Shown: positions 49,827-61,598 of the stretch, piece after piece
Layout of the letters: every line of letters starts with the position of its first letter
Numbering within the stretch: the stretch's first letter is position 1
From: Callorhinchus milii
Lineage: Eukaryota
Assembly (NCBI RefSeq): GCF_018977255.1
Contig: NW_024704743.1
Location: 105,650,001-105,714,000, forward strand
DNA: 64,000 nt
Reading direction: 5' to 3'
Program-made: the position numbers and the translations under genes
The notes under the pieces: generated by a model
Databases searched by the model: none
What the model saw: only the letters and a program-made list of their open reading frames with translations
What the model was told of the DNA's origin: nothing

Positions 49827-52325
49827 TGTTTCATTTAGAGATCCTGAGATTCAGACATCGGATCCTGACTGAGCAAATGAGTCCTCCTTTTTTTTTGTTG
49901 TTGGAAGAAGAAGAGAAATGAAAACGAAACATGAAATAGAATAAAATAAATAAATATAAATAAATACATAGCCAATAGCATGCGCAGGGCTTGCGAGCAA
50001 ACGGCCCTAAAGTGAGGAGTCTGTGAAACCCAATGCAATCAAATCAAGTCTTTCCTCCCATTTCCTGGCATTGATGAGAACATTGTAAGTGCCCTTCAGA
50101 TCATCCTCGTGTTTGTGTGTGTGTGTGTGTGTGTTTGTGTGTGTGTTTGTGTGTGTGTGGGAGGGGGGGGAGAGGGGGATGTTAAAACACTAATATTATA
50201 ATATTGAAAAAAAAACTGTTTGTGCATAAAGATTAGTCAACTGCTGTGGGGAAACCACAGCCAGAGAGGGATGGGAGGGAGGGAGGGAGGGAGGGAGGGA
50301 GGCAGTGGCAAAGGGGAGAGAGGTTGGTGGGATGGAGCGAGCAAACCTGGAGTGAAAGACTGTGCTGAATGCTGTGTTTGTGCAGCTCCATCCCGGGTGG
50401 GTGATCCGCTGGGGTTTGGGTGGGGGGGGTGGGTGGGGTCTGGGAGCTGGGAGGGGAATGGTGGGGGAGGAATCCTTGGGCTTTTCTTCCTGCTTTTTCC
50501 CCCCTCTCGCTCACGCAACGCATTCCGCTTTTTTTCTTGCATGAAATTTCTCCTCGGGTTGGAAGCAGCGATTGTATCCGGATCCCTCAAACCCCATGGC
50601 TGGCGATGTGGGTGGGTGGGTGGGTGGGTGGGTGGTGGGTGGTGGCGATGGAATGAATCTGCTCCATCCAGTTTGTTGGCACCGACCGTGGTGAGAAAAT
50701 AAAACTATCAATAAACAGGGCTGCCCGTGCAGAGAGTAACAGGCGTTTATGTTCAACCCCCCCCCTCACCCCCCCCCCCCGTACACACACACTAAATGTG
50801 TTAGCAGATCGCAGCAATAATCCCCTAAGCTGATCCCACCAGTCTGTTGGATGTGGATGGGAGTTGAGTTGGCATCCGGAGTTGCCTCCAATCGCTTCCA
50901 GTTGGGAATGGGATTGGATTGGATCGGGATGGATGGATGGATGGATGGAGGTGATCCCGGCAGCTCTGAGTGTTGCATTTTTCTTTCCTATTTTGCTCCT
51001 CGCAGGAGCTCGACTTACCCCGTTATCTCAGCCCCATTTCAGACGTCGCACACAGACAATCTCATGCTCCCCCTTTTCCCTTCCCTCAACCCTCAAGCTG
51101 CAATATTGCAAGTATTTCAAGCCATCCAGCTCCAAATCCCCTTTCCTCCCCTCCCCTCCCTTCCCCTCCCCTCCCCTCCCCTCCCTTCCCCTCCCTCTCT
51201 TCCTCCCATGGTCTCTGCTTCTTTGCAGCCCTGTCAACTGGGAAGGCAGAGGCGGACGGATTGCAGGCAGCAATTCCCCTTTAGACTGGAGAGACCTTCA
51301 GTCGGGGAGATGGTAGGATGATGGAAATCCGTCAAAAAAAAAAACACGTTTCGAGATTGGCATTATTATTAATTCAGAAATAGACCTCGCTTCAAATAGT
51401 GCTGCAACCTGAAAATCGATGGCTTGAAACAATTTCCTCCTCCCCATCCACCCTCACCGCCCACCCACCCGCTCCCCCGCCCCGGAGGCGCACGTTTCTA
51501 GTTGGTGTAAAAGGTTCTTTGGGCTTTAAAGCGCTTTCGGGGAAGGTCACAGGAGCGCTTTTGTATTGGAAATTCTCATTAACTACAAAACAAGTCAAAA
51601 GAGCCTGAGTGGGTGGGCGGTTAACTGAGGCTGCGGACAGGGTATTGAACTGTGGTGTTGATGCCGAGTGCGAAATCCGTGCAGCAGATTGTGGAAGTGT
51701 TTGCAGTGGTCCACGAGCCATGTGTTGTCCAAATGTCACAGGCAAACAGCGGCGTGAATACGCGACACGCTTTGTGAATTAGTTGCGTGGAAATCGTGTG
51801 GTCAGTCGTTTGCATTTGAGATCTGAGAGAGAGAGAGAGAGAGAAAGAGAGAAAGAGAGATGCCTTGTTAAACAGAAAGTCAGACACATAACGGGTGTCC
51901 TGCTCTCCAATCCAACCCAACCCCAGAAAAAGAGGGGATCTCTTGAGGTTGGGGTGGGGACCTTCCAGGTCAGTCTGGTGGGGTGCAGCACTTGCTGGGA
52001 CGCAACCATCGCACAAACACTGTTGGGTCCAACACCCCAGGCGGCCAAAGCAAGTTGGACCCCGACTTTGGGGGTGGGAATCTGCAGGTAACTTTCCTCA
52101 CTCAGATAGGGAACGTTCCATCATTCCTGATGCAAGACGTGAATTTGATAGGAATGGATTGCAGATATGTAGCACTTTTTAAAAATGATATGTAAACGCG
52201 ATATGGATAATACTACTACTGACAATAATCCTTGCATTTGATATAGTGCCTTCCCACGTCGTTGAGATGCCTCAAAGCGCTTCACAGAATATACTGCAAA
52301 GCAAACTGACTGTATATTTTGTGAT

Positions 52326-52379
52326 GCATTAATAGGACACCTCTTCCAAATAATTGTGGAAGAGGTGTCCTATTAATGC
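52326..52379. repeat. Perfect 23-bp inverted repeat with 8-nt loop
   Basis: GCATTAATAGGACACCTCTTCCA-aataattg-TGGAAGAGGTGTCCTATTAATGC. Confidence 0.97.
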
Positions 52380-52791
52380 CAAATGATTGTGGAAGAGGTG
52401 GACTCACCAAATGGTTGCGTGTTTGTTTATGGTACATATAACTTTACATATCAAGATCTTTACTAAACAGATCCTGCCTTACATTTTACTCAGTTGACTT
52501 TGCTCTGTATTATTGGATGCAATAATTTCCTATCGTGGTATTTCAATGAACGCACCAAACTCTAAATGTACTCAGCTGAAGAGCCAGTATGTGCCACCTA
52601 GTAGTTTGACCTGGACAGCAGGGACAGCGTTTTACAAGAGGACATTAAATTCCATCATGTTGACCTTGGAAATCAGAATTCATCAAATTGATAAAACAAT
52701 TCCCCAATTTTAATTGACGTCACCACAGAGTACAATAAAATAAAACCTGACTGCAATCCTCAGACTATTTTGCTTTTCATAACAATATTGT

Positions 52792-53151
52792 GGAGTCCTG
52801 TAGCTTAGTGGTTAGAGCACTCACCTTGCAAGCGAGAGAACCTGGGCTCCATTCCTGGGCAGGGTGAAATGTTGGGCAAATTTCTTTACGCCACATGCCT
52901 CTCTTTACCGAGCAGTTTGTAGGAATCTTGTTTAGTTGATTGGCGGATTGCTTTTCTGGGGGTAAAAATGCCTTCAAAAATTTTTTTAAATAATAATTTG
53001 GTCACTCAATCCATGACTGTTTGTGGGACACTGCTGTGTGCAATTGGCTGCCGCATTTTGTCCACAAAATATACAGTCAATTCACTTTACAGTGCATTCT
53101 GTGAAGTGCTTTGATAAGGTGCTATGTCAAATGCAAGGATTATTATTATTA
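52792..53151 (+). mobile_element. tRNA-derived SINE, longer (older) subfamily with central Nin-like block
   Basis: Same head and tail as the young SINE plus an extra CTCTTTACCGAGCAG...TAGGAA...TTAGTTGATTGG block. Confidence 0.85.
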
Positions 53152-54586
53152 TGATACACTCAGTCAATTGTATAAGTCAGAACTTTATTACAAAATCTTA
53201 TATGTTGAGGGTTACAGCACTAAACCTTTGACAAAAGTGTGACAAGAGTATGTTATCACTCATGTTTTTAAAATGTCATGTTGTATTGCAAGGGGCATTT
53301 ACCAATTTTAGAATTAATTTTACGGTCAGTGTCTTTGCCATTATATGCCCATAAGTCAAATAAACATTTTTTTTAAAAAATAGGAAAAGTGCAGTTAGCC
53401 TTTTTGACAGCAGCAGATAATCTCAGCCTTCAAATGCCTGTGGCTTACTTATTTCTTAGCTTTCATCTTTGGCCTGTTAGTGGATATCATTGGGAACATT
53501 TTTCTAGGCAGATTTTGCAAACACATTTGTGTGACTAACTATAGTGTTGTTTATATTGTCCTCCAACTAATGTGGATTTACATAAAAACTATACCACATA
53601 ATATTTTGGAAATAAAATATTGAATCGATCATTGAAATCATTAACTTTAGCTTTTTTAGTATATGAGAATCATACAACCTTGGTATTGGGGGTATATTAT
53701 TCCTTGCCATAAAAAGGGAAAATCACCCCTAAAAAGTCAAACAGTTGTGCAAATTGCACAAATTTGCAACCCTCGGACATACAGCTTTGTGACTCTTTAA
53801 TTAAAATTAATGATATGGAATTATCTCTGTGTACATCTTATAGGTTTACATAATTCCACAAATCAACAATTATTTGCTGCAAATGGAAGTAAAGGTTCTG
53901 AATATATAATCCACATTAATCTCATTGGAGCAATTGGGTCAAAGCCAAGAGGATAAAAATATGAGAAAATAAAATGTATAAAAGCGTTAAAACAGGCAAT
54001 ACATGCAGATATGAATAACCACGTGTCAGCGACAAACACAAACCAATGTGTTGATCCAGATTTGAATGAACTGGAATCATTTATACTTAAATTCATCATT
54101 GCAAAACAGTTTCTTTAATGATAAATCTCATGATTAAATCCACAGTGTATCCACAGGCTGATTGTTCTGCAGGATTGATTATTAATTTCATTGTTGACAG
54201 TGACTAACATTCAAAAAAGTTGAAACTCAGCAATGAAAATTCATGTGTGTGAAATAACACTTTGCAGTAGGTAGGAAGGCACGGCTTTGAAAAAAATCAG
54301 GTCAAGAAAGATTCTACATGGGAGAATGATCAGAGTGAAGGAAGAAGAAAATATCTGTGTTATAGGTGATTTCAGTTTTGTATAAGAACAACATTTGCAC
54401 TTGAAGAGCATCTTTCACACAGGAAAATGTCTCAAAGCACTTTGCAGAGATAGAGTTGGTGAGAGATGGGGAATGGGAGAGGTGACTGAAGAAGCACTGT
54501 TGTGATTTGTGCTTCTGAGTTACGTGTAAGTAAAAAAAAACTTGACAATACATGATTGGAAAACACCATTTTGGTATATTATTAGG

Positions 54587-54900
54587 AATTAGCCTGGATC
54601 GCCTGGAAGTATTTTTGCGTCTGAATCAGAAGGTTGTTGGTTCAAGCCCCATATTGGCATTTACAGATCCTAGGCTGACACTCCAATACAGTGCTGGGGG
54701 TATTCTGTATAGTTGGAGGTGCTGTAGTTCAGATGAGGGAGTAAACCTGGATGATCAAGATCCCATGATACTATTGGAAAGAAAAGGGAGTTTCTCCTGG
54801 TGTTCTGGCTAAAGAAATCTAGATAAAATTGGTCATTTACTTCATGAGTGTTTGTGGGACATTGTTCTGTGCAAATTGGCAATCACATTTGCTTAAAATA
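54587..54900 (+). mobile_element. Old Deu-type SINE
   Basis: TCTGAATCAGAAGGTTGTTGGTTCAAGCCCC head and CTAGGCTGACACTCCAATACAGTGCTG core. Confidence 0.75.
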
Positions 54901-56974
54901 TAAGTATTTTAGTGTACTGACTGTATTTTCTAAGCAAACATGACTACCAATTTGTTTACAGCAATGTCCCACAAACAGTGAAGTAAAAGGAGTTGTATCA
55001 AAACTGTAAGGATCTGATGAAACCTATTTTGTTCTATTTAGTAAATATATAACCATCGCTGAATACAATATTCAGCATTTTATAACTAAGTGATCAGTTC
55101 CAAATTGAAGATACTTGTTACTTCAAGATCCCATGTTCTGATTATGATTAATACTCTGATTATGAGAAATAGGGCAACTTTTATGCTTTGCATTGCAATT
55201 CGTAATCCTTGAATTGTTGAGACATCTCAAAATGCTTCAGAAAAGTTACTATAAAGTGGAGTGACTGAATTTCGCAGGCAAATATTGGAATTGATTTGTG
55301 CACAGCAACGTCCCATAAAGAATAATGAAGTGAATGCCTAATTTTGTATCTGGGGCATTGTTCTGATATATTTCAATCATTTAAGATTTCACAACTGTAA
55401 AACAAAAAAAAGGGAGACATTATATCACATATCCAGATATCCAAATCGATCCTTGAACTTCAATATTCAACAGTGCTCAGGCAGCAAATTAAAATATTGT
55501 ATGAAATGAAGCTGCACTCCCAACAGGCTTTCATTTTTCAGAACTATGGACAGTTCCAGCACTGATTCCATAGTAATCTCTCACCGTGCTTCCATTTCCA
55601 CAATGTTATCCACTGCCCTTACCTCAGTAAACAGTAATGACTACCCCGTTGTAAAAATATTATATTGCAAGATTACCTGCTTCAAGGAAAAGTATTTGAA
55701 AAACCTTGTTTTAATTTATTTACAAAAGGCTGCGGTCTGAAATTCCTCACGGTCTTAAATATACTTCTTAAATAAAAATACAAGATTGTTTCGAAATTCT
55801 ACACAATCCTACATTTTAAGACAATGGTCTTAAGGCTAAGACCTGAGCATTGGAAGCTCTTCTGATCTGCAAAAACACTTTTGAAGCCATACTATTGTTG
55901 CTTAAGAGGGAGACTGCTGTATTCGCCTATAAAATAAATAGTAACTGCACTTTACAGTAATTCCTGTGAATTGCTTCGAGATGTCTCGATGATGTGATAA
56001 TGTGCTATATCAAATGCAAGGATTATTACTATATCAATGTGAAAAAATACATTTCTGTCTCATTACCCTCCCCAAAATAAATAAAGCTTCAACAGATTTT
56101 TTTCTTGAAAAGTGTGCCTGTTTAAGAGAAGTTGGTAAAAAAAAAGGCAGTAGGCCAAAGAAAACAAGGGGGGGCAAGAGATTTTAGATGCAACCAGGAG
56201 GCACTAAATGGAGTAAAAAAGAGGAGAATAAAAGTCACAACAATAATAAAGTAAAACTCAAAAAATTATAAAAAGGGCTGAGGATATGTAGAAGGAGCAT
56301 GGGGAGAACCCAAAGAAACTAAACGTCAGGATATGAAAAAGGCTAAAAATAAAAGAAATCTCCCTGTTGGTAACCCAAGCAGCATTTGCACTTCAAAGAG
56401 TTCAGCAATGCTATTATGAGAAAGGAGACAGAGAAGGGAAACTGCTGGCAACCAGTGAAGGGACTCATACAGTAATACTGCGTGATGCCTGCAATTCAAC
56501 AAAACGAGGAGGGAAAGGTCACAATTGATTCCAAGGAATTACCTGCTTCCCTCGGGACATCTATAAGAGTTCATATTACTTTGAGATAAACTTAAATAAT
56601 GACAAGATGAAGGAACTCTTCAAAAAAGCTAGAAATTCCCTAACCTTGAGGAATTGACAAGGTAACTGTGCAATTCAAAAGGAAGAAAGTACATGAACAA
56701 CAACAACAACAACAAGATTCCATTTATAGAGCGCCTTTCACGTCAGGAGGACGTCCCAAGGCGCTGCCTTTACTGTTGGATCTTGTGGTCACCCCACATG
56801 AAGCGTGTTAAGGCCCTAGTGGAGATTCACCAGAAAGGAACCAGGGATGAGAGGTTTTACTTATAAGGAGCGGTTGGAGGCACTAGTACTATTTTTTATA
56901 GAACAGAGAAGGTTGAGAAGAGACTTGCTAAAGTTTTTTTAAAATTAATAATCCTTGCATTTTTATACATAATA

Positions 56975-57330
56975 AAATAATATAATCCTTGCATTTGATA
57001 TAGCGCCTTATCACATCTTCGAGACATCTCAAAGCGCTTCACAGAATACACTGTAAAGTGAATTGACTGTATATTTTGTGGGCGAAATGTGGGAACGAAT
57101 TGCGCACAGCAGTGTCCCACAAACAGTCATGGATTGAGTGACCAAATTATTTTTATTTTTTTGAAAGGAATTATTACCCCCGGCCAATTGACTAACTACC
57201 AGGTTCCTATTTACTGTTAGGTAAACAGTGGCGTCGTGTGGAGTAAGGAAACTTACCCAACATTTCTCCCTGCCGGGAATCGAACCCAGGTCTTCTCGCT
57301 TGTGAGGCTAACCACTAAGCTACAGGACTC
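56975..57330 (-). mobile_element. tRNA-derived SINE, longer subfamily
   Basis: Head with CTCACAA loop, B box GGTTCGATTCC and core CTGTTTACCTAACAGTAAATAGGAACCTGG. Confidence 0.88.
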
Positions 57331-57918
57331 TGCATTCAATATAGAGCCTTATCACATTGTCAAGGTATCTTAAGCACTTTCAGGGATTACTGTAAAGTGT
57401 AATGACTGTTTTTTTGTGGGTGAAGGTGGCAGCCAATTTGTACACAACAATATCCCATAAACAGCCAGGAAATCAAAGACCAAATTAATTTGGGGGATGC
57501 TGGCCAGGCCACCAGGAGAAACTCACTTCTGTATTTGAATAGTGCCACAGGATCTTTAACATCCACTTGAACAAGCAGACAGGTTTTCCAGGTTTGGCTA
57601 ATGTAAACAGGGTGAAATTATTTCTGCTTGCCAGTGAATCCATAAGGAGAATACACAATTCTAAAGCAATTACCAAAGAGAAAAGCGAGCAGTTAGGGGA
57701 ATTTCTTTTTACACAGAATTGTTAGAAGGAGGACTGTGATTGAGGAAGAATCTGCATTACCTTTTAGGAATTAGAGGGCTATCTGAAAAGGAGAAATATG
57801 AAAGGGTATGAAGGCAATTAAATGGATAGCTCTTTCAAAACATCATGCACTGGCACAATAGACTAAATGGTATTTTAGGTGTTGTAAATTTCCATGGTTT
57901 ATTATTTCTATGAATGGT

Positions 57919-58251
57919 GGAGTCCTGTAGTGTAGTGATTAGTGTGGTCACCTCACAAGCAAAAGGACACGAGTTTGATTCCCAGTTAGGCAAGTTTTGT
58001 TACTCCACACGCCTCTGCTTACTGAGCAGTAAATAGGAACCCAGTTGTTAGCCGATTGGGGGATCGTTTTCTGGAGGTAATAATCCCTAAAAAAAATTGG
58101 ATCACTGAATCCACAAATGTTTGTGGGACACTGCTGGCTTCACCAACAAAATAAACAGTCAATTCAACTTTACAATATATTCCCTGAAGCACTTTGAGAC
58201 CTATCAATGATGTGATAAGGGGCTATATCAAATGCAAGGATTATTATTATT
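57919..58251 (+). mobile_element. tRNA-derived SINE, longer subfamily, diverged
   Basis: GGAGTCCTGTAG head, CAGTAAATAGGAACC core and (ATT)n tail. Confidence 0.85.
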
Positions 58252-59534
58252 ACCACATATATGGGAATTCTCAGTTTTCAGAATTGAGCTCTCATATCGA
58301 TCTTTCTCTTTCAAAAGGTAAATATTCTAAAGTTTGTGGGTGCTGCTGATGTGTTTGGCTTTCATTTTGTGGACTTGTTAAATGGAATTTGTGTAAGGTG
58401 AGGGTTGCAATGTCTTTTAATATTAACAATTCCATCACATGCAGAGAAGGCTTTTGATTCACTCGATTGAAATAATTTAATTTACAACTGGGAAACCTTC
58501 CCCCTGATCTCAACTTTGTCAAAAAATTGTAATCTTCATTTTGGAAGTGAAGCTTACCCATTAATAAAAGAATGCTATCTCTTACTTCCCCCTTCTTTTA
58601 TGAGAAGAAGATGAGATAGGACACTTTATTTGCTTTATTGCCTTTTAAGATAGCTTTGGAGCCTCTTGCCAGGACAATGAACTAATTCAAAAGACAGCTT
58701 GATGCTGCGATGGGGGAACTGTAGGGTAGGTGATCTGGAAGGATGAGATCAGATGGGCCGAAGGGTCATTTTCATCCAAACCAATCTTGTTATCCTGTGA
58801 TATCCATTATAATAATAATAATTCTTGCATTTGATATAGCGCTATATCAAGTCATTGAGACATCTCAAAGCGCTTCACAGAATATACTGTAAAGTGAATT
58901 GACTTCATATTTTGTGGGGCAAAAACACAGCAGCCAATTACACACACCTGTGTCCCACAAAAAGTCAGGGATTGAGTCATCGAGTTATTATTACATTAGT
59001 GGCAACACAGAGATAGAGGCTCAACAGAATTTTATGCCAATATACAGTTTATAATGTTATCATTGCCAATGTTACCATATTTAGGGACCTGTTATACAAT
59101 GTTAATAACAGAAGATAGCACTCCAGACAATTATTATGCTGATTCAGATACAACAGAGGTTCTCTGGTTTAACTGCTAATGTGTTAAATGCTGATTAACC
59201 TGAAGAGAATTGTTTAACTTTACTAGTAAATCAAAGGATTAAATTACTTAGAAAATGCACGTCACCAGACCTCTTCATGAAAAAATAAAACTGTTGTAAT
59301 AAAGGTTTAGCATTGTGCAATGCGGGAGCTATTCCACCCACTATTTTCAATCAGTAGGGGAAAATATAGCTATTGACTGATCAAAAATGAATACATTATA
59401 GACATTATTTCTGGATCAACATCCCTTTATTGTCTGAGTTAGGTCACATCTTTCTTGTGATTCAGGTAAATGTTGCAATTGCTCACTGTGAAAGAGTTTT
59501 TCTCTTGGTTATCTTGGTTTATATTCCCTTTTGA

Positions 59535-59760
59535 TCATAGAATCATAGAATTAAAAAGCACAGAAGGAGGCCATTCAGCCCATTGTGTCTGTGCCAGCTC
59601 TTTGAAAAGAGCTATCCAAATCAATCCCACTCCCCCGCTCTCTCCCCATAGCCCTGCAAATGTGTCCTCCCCAAATAATTATCTACTTCTTTCTTAAAAG
59701 TTGTTATCGAATCAGCTTCCACCACCCTTTCAGGCAATGCATTGCAGATCTGAACAACTC
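59535..59760 (-). mobile_element. CR1 3' end fragment
   Basis: (ATCATAGA)2 tail and GGCCATTCAGCCCA motif. Confidence 0.8.
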
Positions 59761-60149
59761 AGATCTGATCTAAATTAAATAATACTTCATCTTTGCACTT
59801 TATAGGGTTTCACATTAGGAGACATCTAAAAGCGCATCACGGAATATACTGTGAAGTGCAGTGACTGTGTATTTTGTAGGCCAACTTGGCAGACAAATCT
59901 TTGCACACAGCAATGTCCCACAAACAGCCATGAAGTGAATGACTAATTTTATCTGGGGAATTATTGGCCCGGACTCTGGGAGAAAATCTGTTCTCTTTTT
60001 GAATAGTACTATGGAAGTCTTTCAAATCCACCTGAACGGGCAGATGGGACCATCTCATCCAGACAATACAATTCAAATTTATATTCATTAGAACGCCTAT
60101 CATGTCAGGAGGATGCCTCAAGGTGCTTAACAATACAAGAGTGCTGTAG

Positions 60150-61548
60150 AGATACAATAGTAGCAGGAGAGCTTCCTACATTGATGAACATGGATAGAAT
60201 CTCCCTGAAAATTGGTTTCCTCGTAGCTTTGAAACTTCCTCCTGACGTGAAAGGTGCTATATAAATGTAAATTTCATTGGATAGGATGCCAAGCCCAATC
60301 TGAGCCATATAATGTTTAGTAGTATAGAGGAAAGAGATAGAGCAAAGGGACACTGAAGGGCACCAAAAGGGATTTGCATAAAACATGTAACCTGATTTGG
60401 GGGTGGGAACTGAGGGGCATGGTGAATGGAAAGTTGACTGTAGGATGAAATTCACCCCAAATCCAAATGAATCAGATACTCATCTCTTTGTTGTTTGTAG
60501 GATATCACTGGCATAAATTAGTTGCTGCATTGCCTCTATAACAATATTGTCTTTTCATTAATTAATCTCACTCTGTTAATTAAATGCTTATTCAGGTGGT
60601 TCATATGATGTGAATGGAGGAAGTGTTGGTGGGTGGGGGTGTTGTTGAGGACATAGTTGTTAGTTCCCCAGAATCCTTGCTTGACCTTTGAGATTGTCCA
60701 AATAGTGCACAAACCCTTTCCCCACCAATCACCAGTGGTGGTGGTGGTGTATGCTGGGGGTGGGGGGAGTTAGTATATGCCTTCACACAAGGGAAAGATC
60801 ACTATCAGCAAAGGAAATTGGAGGCAATGAAATTCCAGCTGGCAAAATTAGAAAAGAAGATGGGGTACAGAAACGAATATGCCACATTGTGGAGAGAGGC
60901 TCACTGCTCATGGTTGTGAGTCAAACTCTTGCACCGAACATATCATACAATGGAATATCATGAAAATGTTCTGTGTGTGAGTGTGGAATGTAAGAGGGAC
61001 TGGGATTATTATTGCATTTTGGGAGCCTCCAGAGGCTAGGAAGCTTTGTCACAGATATAATCTCCTAAGGGCAGAGATTCCATTAACAAAGTATTGATTT
61101 TGAGAGAAGTAGACTGTTTGCAACTCTTAGTCCTTGACATTGTGGCTGCTTGGGACAGGCTAATTCATGCAAATGGAGAACAAGACAACATTAAAGATAC
61201 AGTTGTAGCAGGAAAGCTTCCTAGAGTGATGAACATGGAAAGAACTCCCTGAAAATTGGTTTCCTCAGTACATTGAACCTTCCTGCTGATGTGAGAAGTG
61301 CTATATAAATGTAAATTGCATTGGATTGGATTATAAACAAGATAAAGGGTGAGATGTATCTTGAATATTACTCAGAACACTAGAGTCTGGATTATTTTTA
61401 TGGAAATCTCTTTTGTTACCCTTCACTGTCCCTTTGCACCATCTCTTTCTTCTATACTACCAATTTGAGCCATATATTGTTTGGTAGTATATCAGAAAGA
61501 GATAGAGCAAAGGCACACTGAAAGGCAACAAAAGTGATTTGCATAAAA
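60150..61548 (+). repeat. Diverged local tandem duplication (60150-60392 vs 61196-61548)
   Basis: Shared blocks GATGAACATGGA..., CTCCCTGAAAATTGGTTTCCTC, GTGCTATATAAATGTAAATT and GAAAGAGATAGAGCAAAGG. Confidence 0.85.
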
Positions 61549-61598
61549 GAATCAAAACTCTAGTGTTGTGAATAATATTCAAGATACATCTCACCCTT
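61345..61598. mobile_element. ~254-bp palindromic fold-back element (MITE-like) flanked by TA
   Basis: TA-AAGGGTGAGATGTATCTTGAATATTA ... TAATATTCAAGATACATCTCACCCTT-TA. Arms pair imperfectly along the whole length. Confidence 0.75.

Larger units (their letters stand above)
43230..52220. promoter_or_regulatory. CpG-rich regulatory domain with no visible transposons (candidate developmental enhancer/lncRNA promoter region)
   Basis: No SINE or LINE tails seen over ~9 kb, versus roughly one per kb elsewhere. CpG-rich unique islands, homeodomain/POU/ETS motifs and splice donors. Confidence 0.5.
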
